DNA of 12,403 nt. Origin: Nitrospira japonica (GTDB taxonomy: Bacteria; Nitrospirota; Thermodesulfovibrionia; Thermodesulfovibrionales; SM23-35). The notes under the pieces are model-generated. The model worked only from the letters and a program-made list of their open reading frames with translations. It had not been told where the DNA came from and did no database searches. The translations under genes and the position numbers were made by a program. Below are positions 1 to 6,105 of this stretch, piece by piece. The stretch spans positions 1 to 12,403 of the forward strand of contig DYFC01000003.1 in assembly GCA_020725385.1 (NCBI GenBank), read 5' to 3'. Numbering within the stretch: the first letter of the stretch is position 1; every line of letters begins with the position of its first letter.

Positions 1-459
1 GGTATTGGAACAACATTCAAGATATATCTTCCATTGACTAAAGAAGAAGAGCATTATGCAGGCTCAGAGGTAATGCAGAAGATAGAGGGCGGGACAGAGA
101 CGATACTATTTGCAGAAGATTCTCCGGATGTGAGGGAATCGGCAGTGCATTTACTTGAGGAATTTGGATACAAAGTGATAGAGGCATATGATGGAGAAGA
201 AGCTATAGAGAAGTTCAAATTATATAAAGACCAAATACAACTTGTAATACTTGATTTAGTGATGCCAAAGAAAAATGGGATAGAAGTATATGAGGAGATA
301 AAGAAAATAGTTCCTGAAGTAAAAGTAATTTTCACGAGCGGATATTCAGAAGATGTTATTAGCAAGGGGACAATTTTAAAAGAAGGTTATGAAATAATAC
401 AGAAACCCATTTCTCCAGCACAACTACTTAAGAAATTAAGGGAGATGCTTTCAAATTAA
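1..459 (+). CDS. Hybrid sensor histidine kinase/response regulator, 3' part (5'-truncated by window edge)
   Basis: Frame 1 is open from base 1 and reads GIGTTFKIYLP, the typical end of a HATPase_c domain. A linker and a receiver domain follow (ILFAED, phosphoacceptor in LVILDLVMP, FTSGY, IQKP). The TTG start at 34 in the ORF track is internal. Confidence 0.9.
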   Translation, partial: GIGTTFKIYLPLTKEEEHYAGSEVMQKIEGGTETILFAEDSPDVRESAVHLLEEFGYKVIEAYDGEEAIEKFKLYKDQIQLVILDLVMPKKNGIEVYEEIKKIVPEVKVIFTSGYSEDVISKGTILKEGYEIIQKPISPAQLLKKLREMLSN

Positions 460-481
460 AAATGCAAGATGTAATTCTAAG

Positions 482-1888
482 TTAATGGATTATTTCTGCT
501 GTGAAATAATATAATTCTGCATCTTTCCATGCATCTGAAGGCAGCCCTGCTTTGTAACATATCTGTTTTAAGAAAGTTTCTCTATCCCAGCCAAATTCAA
601 CAGGCACCTGTGGTAAAAGTATTCCGCTATGGCCATATTTTCTAATTACAAGACCATGTTTTCCTATAATTATGTTATTAACATTAGTAACTGGCAATAA
701 TGGCGATAATAGAGTAATTTCTATGTCAAGATCTTTGAGTTCATCTTTTGTAATTGGCAAAAAACGCGGGTCTTCTGAAGAAGCAGAGATTGCGTTCTCA
801 ATTACCGATTTATAAAGCGGCATATATGGCTGAACATGTCCGATACAACCTCTTAATTGTCCATTTTCTTTAATTGTTACAAAAACAGCGCCATCGGTTT
901 TAAACTTCGGATTTTTAATTTCTTTATCTATGACTTTTTTTCTTATAACATATTCCTGGATTGCATCTTTTGCAAGAGCGAGAAGTTCTTTTTTCTCCTC
1001 ATCTGTCAGAGGCTCTTTGAATAAGCCAATAGATGCATAGCCAACGACTCTTTCTTTATCTCCTGTTACATCTCCTGAATTTGCATATTTAAAAGTTGTT
1101 CCAATATTTGCTCCAGCCATTCTTGCAGCTTCAATAGCTATAATTAAAGAATATCCTCCACAAAATTCTCCTTCACCTGTCCTGAGAAGATTTTCTGCAT
1201 CTTTTAAAGAAAGTCTTTCAATTGCCGAGATAACTTTGTTATCCATTTCTTTTGCCTTTTCATAATTATGATAATGTGATAAATCGGTGCTTGCTATGAT
1301 TATTGTTTTTTCATCAAGCATTTCGGATAATTTTCCTGTAAGGTGGGTGAATGTTTTTCTTGTTGGAGAACCTACAAGTATTGGTATTATTGTAAAATCC
1401 TTCAAAACAGTCTGAAGAAAAGGCAATTGCACTTCGAGTGAATGCTCTTTTTCAAATGCTTCTGCGAGAAATTTTACATCTGCCTGTTCATTGAGTAATC
1501 CTTCAGCGAGCTTTTCATTTATGTAAACATCACCAAGAGGGGTTCTAAGAAATCCTTTTGTATAAACAGACGCTCCATTAAAACCTTTGTGATGACTCGG
1601 GCCGATTAAAATTACTTTGTTTATATCTTTTCCCTCAAGTTGTTTATAACCAAAAGCAGCCACCTGACCTGAATAGATATATCCGGCATGAGGAGAGATA
1701 AGAGCTATCATCCTTTCATATGTTTTTACTTTTGTAACTTTTGAAAGAAAATCCTGAATAATTTTCTGGAGACTTTCTTTATCAGCAGGATAGAAGGAAC
1801 CTGCAACTACAGGTTCTTTTCCGGATACTTTGCAAGCAAATAATATCAAAAACAAAGGTAGTAAAAAGAAAATAACATTCTTACCCAT
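482..1888 (-). CDS. amrB: AmmeMemoRadiSam system protein B/A fusion (MEMO1-like domain + AMMECR1 domain), 468 aa, with N-terminal lipoprotein-like signal peptide
   Basis: MEMO motifs EPVVAGSFYP, SPHAGYIYSG, GPSHH, EHSLEVQLPF, ASTDLSHY, SGDV..VVGYA. AMMECR1 motifs AVFVTI..GQLRGCIG, DPRF, GILLPQV (about 482..1012). Start moved from 1945 to ATG 1888 because GGAGGAGGG (1895..1903) lies 6 nt upstream and a hydrophobic leader follows immediately. Confidence 0.92.
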   Translation of the reverse strand: MGKNVIFFLLPLFLILFACKVSGKEPVVAGSFYPADKESLQKIIQDFLSKVTKVKTYERMIALISPHAGYIYSGQVAAFGYKQLEGKDINKVILIGPSHHKGFNGASVYTKGFLRTPLGDVYINEKLAEGLLNEQADVKFLAEAFEKEHSLEVQLPFLQTVLKDFTIIPILVGSPTRKTFTHLTGKLSEMLDEKTIIIASTDLSHYHNYEKAKEMDNKVISAIERLSLKDAENLLRTGEGEFCGGYSLIIAIEAARMAGANIGTTFKYANSGDVTGDKERVVGYASIGLFKEPLTDEEKKELLALAKDAIQEYVIRKKVIDKEIKNPKFKTDGAVFVTIKENGQLRGCIGHVQPYMPLYKSVIENAISASSEDPRFLPITKDELKDLDIEITLLSPLLPVTNVNNIIIGKHGLVIRKYGHSGILLPQVPVEFGWDRETFLKQICYKAGLPSDAWKDAELYYFTAEIIH

Positions 1889-2015
1889 CTTCAACCCTCC
1901 TCCAGAACATTGCTTCATGCAATTGTTCATTTTTCCCCTCTGCATTTGAGTCTTCTTTTAAAGATAAAAAAGACCATAAAAATACAAAAGCTTTTAAAAA
2001 TTCTCTTCTTGTCAT
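1881..2015 (-). CDS. Small 44-aa protein with twin-arginine (Tat) motif, resembling the AmrS N-terminus: MTRREFLKAFVFLWSFLSLKEDSNAEGKNEQLHEAMFWRRVEDG
   Basis: Hand translation; not in the ORF track. The ATG lies 2 nt after the amrS stop with GGAG 6 nt upstream. TRREFLK matches the Tat consensus (S/T)RRxFLK exactly. The stop overlaps the amrB start (ATGGGTAA, 8 nt), so the ORF fills the whole amrS-amrB gap. Confidence 0.8.
   Translation of the reverse strand: MTRREFLKAFVFLWSFLSLKEDSNAEGKNEQLHEAMFWRRVEDG
1895..1903 (-). promoter_or_regulatory. Shine-Dalgarno for amrB/A, embedded in the small ORF
   Basis: GGAGGAGGG 6 nt upstream of ATG 1888. Confidence 0.75.
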
Positions 2016-2017
2016 TT

Positions 2018-2992
2018 TTAACTCCATACCCCGGGCATAGCAGCATTACAAAATCTGCATTTTCCATTTGAAATATTATTCTTAATTATTTGATAACCTG
2101 TTCTTTCAATTAGAATTTTTTTACAGGAGGGACAATAAGTGTTTTCAGCTTCAGTTCTAACATTCCCGATATAAACAAATTTTAAACCTGCATCAATAGC
2201 TGTTTTTCTTGCATTTGTTAGTGTCTCAACAGGAGTTGGCGGAAGGTTTGTAAGTTTATAATGCGGGAAAAACCTTGAGAAATGTAGAGGCACATCAGCA
2301 CCAAGATTTTTTACAATCCATCTACACATTTCATTAATTTTCTTCATATCGTCATTCAAAGTAGGTATAACAAGATTTGTAATTTCAAGCCATATTTTTT
2401 CTTCTTTCAAAACAACCAGAGAATTCAATACAGGTTTGAGGCTTCCATTACAAATCTTATCGTAAAAATCTTCTGTAAAAGCTTTCAGGTCAATGTCAGC
2501 AGCATCCATATATTTACAAAGTTTTCTTAAAGGTTTTTCATTTATATAACCGCATGAATGCATTGTATTTTTAATATTATTTTCTTTTGCTTTAACAGCT
2601 GTATCAAACATATATTCATAGAAAGCTGTAGGCTCTGTGTATGTGTATGCGATGGATTTACAATTATAAGTTTTTGTGTAGCTGATTACTTTATCAGGAG
2701 GCAAATCATAGGTATCGGTCTCTTGGGGTTTTGCCTGTGAAATTTGCCAGTTCTGACAGAATTTGCAACTTAAGACACAACCGGCTGTTGCGATTGAAAA
2801 TGCTTTAGTTCCAGGTAGAAAATGGAAGAAAGGTTTCTTTTCTATCGGGTCAACATGAACAGCGCATGGTTTTCCATATACAATGCTATATAATTTGCCA
2901 TCTTTATTAATTCTTGTCCTGCAACGGCTTGTCTGATTCACATCAAGAACACAACCATTAGGACAAAGTTCGCATTGTACTATCTTCCCCAT
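2018..2992 (-). CDS. amrS: AmmeMemoRadiSam system radical SAM enzyme, 324 aa
   Basis: N-terminal CELCPNGC..CRTR, DPIEKKPFFHFLPG, radical SAM CxxxCxxC (CVLSCKFCQNWQISQ), YTYTEP, HFSRFFPHY, YIGNV, C-terminal CPSC..CRFC. Adjacent to the amrB/A fusion. Confidence 0.93.
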   Translation of the reverse strand: MGKIVQCELCPNGCVLDVNQTSRCRTRINKDGKLYSIVYGKPCAVHVDPIEKKPFFHFLPGTKAFSIATAGCVLSCKFCQNWQISQAKPQETDTYDLPPDKVISYTKTYNCKSIAYTYTEPTAFYEYMFDTAVKAKENNIKNTMHSCGYINEKPLRKLCKYMDAADIDLKAFTEDFYDKICNGSLKPVLNSLVVLKEEKIWLEITNLVIPTLNDDMKKINEMCRWIVKNLGADVPLHFSRFFPHYKLTNLPPTPVETLTNARKTAIDAGLKFVYIGNVRTEAENTYCPSCKKILIERTGYQIIKNNISNGKCRFCNAAMPGVWS

Positions 2993-2998
2993 GTATAT

Positions 2999-3004
2999 AT
3001 TATA
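2999..3004 (-). promoter_or_regulatory. Putative sigma70 -10 box for leaderless amrS transcript
   Basis: TATAAT-atatac-ATG (6-nt spacer); no SD-like sequence before ATG 2992. Confidence 0.55.
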
Positions 3005-3012
3005 TCTTAATT

Positions 3013-5103
3013 CTAATTTGAAAGCCCAAACATTATTAATGCAGAAATTGTTTTCATTAATATAAGCAGAATTATTGTTGTTGTAAAACCAAATAATGGA
3101 ATAAGAATTATTGTTGATGAAATCGCACCTATAAAAGAACCGATAAGTTCAATACCATACAAAGAGCCTCCTTCACCGATAGCTTTTGTTGCAGAAGCAA
3201 ACCAGCTACCTGTAACAATGCCTGTAAATAATGTAATTAAATAGAAAGCCATCCCGTATTCGAAGAAAATTAAAAATATGATACAAACAGCTATTGAAAA
3301 TAAATCAAGAATTAGGAGTAGTTTAGTAGTATCCTTCTTTTCTTTTTGTATTTTTGTGCCAGCCCACAATCCTACCATCAATAGACCGGATAGAAGACCA
3401 ATTTTTTCATAGATATATCCATGTATTGCCTGGTAACCAAGTATTAAACAAATGCTTAGTGCCATACAATAAAAGCCTGTTATAAACATCGAAAAGTATA
3501 TTTTCTGTTTCCTGTTTTTAAAAATGAGTAAGGACAATATTGAAATAATAGTTAAAAAAACAATTAAGTGCCATTTTGTTAATTTATGAATAAATGAAAA
3601 AATTTTTGAACCTTGAATTTCATCCCAAATCATAAGATTATAAAAATATGCTAATGGTCTGGAATCTTTATTGATAGTTTCTATCTTGCCAATTCTTTCT
3701 TTAACATATTTGATGCTAAAATCAGAAAATATATCATCAAATATCCGGCTATGAAAATACCATGTCTTTAAGTTATGTTTAAGGAATCTTTCCGCCAGGA
3801 TAGAAGGTTCTATATCCAAAGGAGAATCAGAAGCAAATATTTTTCCATATTCATGCGATGTAACTTCAACATTGTTAAAAACACTCTTAAGTGTTTTGTA
3901 AATTGTGCCATTTAAAGTTTGAATGCTTTTGCTCATATATCCAAAGGAAGCAGGAAGATTGAGCATAAGCAATCCGTCATGCTTTAAAGTTTTCTTAACT
4001 TCTAAAAAAAATTCTTTTGTGTAAAATCTGTTTAAACCTGCTGTTGATGGTGGAGGGAGATTTAACATTATTAAATCATAAGTTCCTGACACGCTATTTT
4101 TTATAAAAAGCCTGCCATCATCTATTTTAAAAGAAATGCGTGAATCTTTAATCACTGGTTTGTCATCTTCTTTTATTAATTCTTTAGAAATCTCGATAAT
4201 TTTAGGGTCAATTTCAACATAATCTATCTTCATTACAGGATATTTAATTAATTCTCTTAGAATACCGGGTAAGCCTCCAATTAAAAGTATTCTTAATGGT
4301 GATTTATGCATTGTCATTGCAAGATGTGCATTTAATTCTTCTGTCTGAAAATCGGGATATGAAAACTGTAACTGTCCTGAAACAAATAAGCTTTTCTGGT
4401 TATTTCTTTGAATTACCTGAATTTCGCCATATTTTGACTCAATCGATTTTATTAAATTAAATCCGGGCAAATTAATATTTAATGGAGAAAAGTTAGGGAT
4501 GAAAAAATAATATATTGCAGGGAAAAGTAAAAATAATAGAACTAATCTTTTTCTGGAAATATAAACTCCTGCCAATATGCTTATTAAAGAGAGGATGAGT
4601 ATTAGATGAATAGAGCTAAAGTTTCCTGCAATAATAAATGTGAAGGCGCTGCCGGCAATGAAAGCGCCGGCTGCCTCTAATCCATAAATATTTCCTGCGG
4701 CATTTTGTCTTTGAAGGCTTGATACTGCGAATGGGAATTGAAGACCGATTGAAAAGCATAGCGGAAAAAGTACAAAAGCAGTCAATGAAAGAATACCGGG
4801 CAGGGAAATGAATTCACCGGGTGAAAGCCCTAAAAAAAGACGAAGAAATCTTATTCCTATGATAGTTGGAAATGAAATTACGCCGGTGGCAATAAAAGAG
4901 AATGCAAAAGCATTTTTGCATTTTATATATTTTCCTGCCAGACTTCCAAGTCCAACATAAAAGAGCCAGAAAGACAGGGTGATGCCAATGTCGAGTTCAT
5001 TACCAGAGAAAACGGAAAGGAGATTCCTTAGAGCTATAATTTGAAGAAGCATGGAATTGAAGCCCATGAAGATGAAGAAAATGTTTCGAGGTGCAGCGTT
5101 CAT
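3013..5103 (-). CDS. Membrane protein with central spermidine-synthase-like (class I SAM-binding fold) domain between two multi-TM regions, 696 aa
   Basis: Hydrophobic N-terminal ~200 aa (with GNELDIG, IYGLEAAGAFIAG). Soluble core ESKYGEIQV, SGQLQF, ILLIGG, YVEIDP, DDGRLF, NRFYTKEFF, INKDSRP. Hydrophobic C-terminal ~190 aa (LYGIELIGS). Matches the fused membrane/spermidine synthase architecture, but the catalytic motifs are degenerate. Confidence 0.8.
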   Translation of the reverse strand: MNAAPRNIFFIFMGFNSMLLQIIALRNLLSVFSGNELDIGITLSFWLFYVGLGSLAGKYIKCKNAFAFSFIATGVISFPTIIGIRFLRLFLGLSPGEFISLPGILSLTAFVLFPLCFSIGLQFPFAVSSLQRQNAAGNIYGLEAAGAFIAGSAFTFIIAGNFSSIHLILILSLISILAGVYISRKRLVLLFLLFPAIYYFFIPNFSPLNINLPGFNLIKSIESKYGEIQVIQRNNQKSLFVSGQLQFSYPDFQTEELNAHLAMTMHKSPLRILLIGGLPGILRELIKYPVMKIDYVEIDPKIIEISKELIKEDDKPVIKDSRISFKIDDGRLFIKNSVSGTYDLIMLNLPPPSTAGLNRFYTKEFFLEVKKTLKHDGLLMLNLPASFGYMSKSIQTLNGTIYKTLKSVFNNVEVTSHEYGKIFASDSPLDIEPSILAERFLKHNLKTWYFHSRIFDDIFSDFSIKYVKERIGKIETINKDSRPLAYFYNLMIWDEIQGSKIFSFIHKLTKWHLIVFLTIISILSLLIFKNRKQKIYFSMFITGFYCMALSICLILGYQAIHGYIYEKIGLLSGLLMVGLWAGTKIQKEKKDTTKLLLILDLFSIAVCIIFLIFFEYGMAFYLITLFTGIVTGSWFASATKAIGEGGSLYGIELIGSFIGAISSTIILIPLFGFTTTIILLILMKTISALIMFGLSN

Positions 5104-5109
5104 TTTTAA

Positions 5110-5115
5110 ATTATA
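5110..5115 (-). promoter_or_regulatory. Putative -10 box for leaderless transcript of the spermidine-synthase-like gene
   Basis: TATAAT-ttaaaa-ATG (6-nt spacer); no SD. Confidence 0.6.
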
Positions 5116-5148
5116 CTACGAACAGTTGCTGTACTAAAGGGTTAGAAT

Positions 5149-5982
5149 TTAATGCATTTTAAATGGGACAGGAATAAATGTTAAGAAAAATATTAAAAGT
5201 GCGAGCCATCCTATAAACCTTCTTTTACGGTCAAGATATGGTTCCCAGTAGAGAACAGGCGGGTGTCTGATTCCAAGTAAAAGCAGAAGCAATGACCAGA
5301 TAATCCAGCCTTCCCAAAGAAAAATGCCAAGCAATGACATTATTAAAATTAAGATAAATGAAATCTGTGCATGTTTTTCTCCCAGTAATGCGTATGCAAT
5401 ATGTCCTCCGTCAAGCTGTCCAACAGGTATTAAATTCATTGATGTAACAAAAAGACCTATCCATCCGGCAAAAGCTACCGGATGGAGTAGTATGTCATGT
5501 TCAGCAGGGGTAACGCCGAGTGTTATTAACGAGAGAAGGTTGAATAGTATAGAATCTCCAAAAACAAGCTCTGGACTCAAATCTTTTATAGATACAATTT
5601 TTGACATGTTTAGTCCAATTATAGAAGCAACAACGGAAACAACAAAACCTGCGATCGGGCCTGATGCCCCTATATCTACAAGAGATTTTCTATTTATTAT
5701 CGGTGACTTCATTTTTATAAATGCTCCAAATGTGCCTATCAAATTTGGAGCGGGTATAAAATAGGGAAGTGTTGCTTTAACACCATGCATTTTTGAAGTA
5801 AAGTAATGGGCAAATTCATGTGTTAACAATATGGTGATGAGACTTGCAGCAAAAGGAATGCCTTTATAAATTTTAGAAGGTTCTGCAAAAATATCTACAC
5901 CTGCTTGCATTGCTCCAACAGCTAAAGTAGATAATACTGTTAGAAAAAATAATATGAGGTGTTTATATGGAATATTTTTCAT
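5149..5982 (-). CDS. Site-2 protease family (peptidase M50) intramembrane zinc metalloprotease, 277 aa
   Basis: HExxH (HEFAH) within a hydrophobic segment, LPYFIP..GTFGAFI, DIGASGPIAG, and NLIPVGQLDGGH supplying the third Zn ligand. Confidence 0.93.
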   Translation of the reverse strand: MKNIPYKHLILFFLTVLSTLAVGAMQAGVDIFAEPSKIYKGIPFAASLITILLTHEFAHYFTSKMHGVKATLPYFIPAPNLIGTFGAFIKMKSPIINRKSLVDIGASGPIAGFVVSVVASIIGLNMSKIVSIKDLSPELVFGDSILFNLLSLITLGVTPAEHDILLHPVAFAGWIGLFVTSMNLIPVGQLDGGHIAYALLGEKHAQISFILILIMSLLGIFLWEGWIIWSLLLLLLGIRHPPVLYWEPYLDRKRRFIGWLALLIFFLTFIPVPFKMH

Positions 5983-5987
5983 AATTT

Positions 5988-5993
5988 ATTATA
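5988..5993 (-). promoter_or_regulatory. Putative -10 box for leaderless M50 protease transcript
   Basis: TATAAT-aaatt-ATG (5-nt spacer); no clear SD. Confidence 0.6.
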
Positions 5994-6105
5994 TTAACTC
6001 GAATAACGCAGTTATTGCTAAAAAATTATTTAAGCCGGAAAGTGCAATTGAAATAATGCAGATGTTGCGAAAAAATTTATTTTTCAATAAGCATTTTGTA
6101 ACTTT

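Noticed and set aside
34-459. Stand-alone 141-aa response regulator
   Set aside because: The frame is open to base 1 and encodes the HATPase_c terminal motif GTTFKIYLP, so this is the tail of a hybrid kinase.
460-481. Bidirectional terminator between the convergent kinase and amrB/A genes
   Set aside because: The 22-nt gap contains no GC-rich stem-loop.
1881-1888. +1 frameshift or sequencing error fusing the small ORF to AmrB/A
   Set aside because: AmrB/A has its own SD, ATG and signal peptide. A fusion would carry two leaders, and ATGNNTAA is an ordinary coupling overlap.
1889-1945. 19-aa N-terminal extension of AmrB/A in the ORF track
   Set aside because: A strong SD supports ATG 1888, and this stretch is better explained as coding for the small Tat ORF in another frame.
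1881-2015. Small ORF as a classical RiPP precursor of the radical SAM enzyme
   Set aside because: AmrS shows no RRE or SPASM domain, and the peptide resembles AmrS's own N-terminus. Kept only as a minor alternative.
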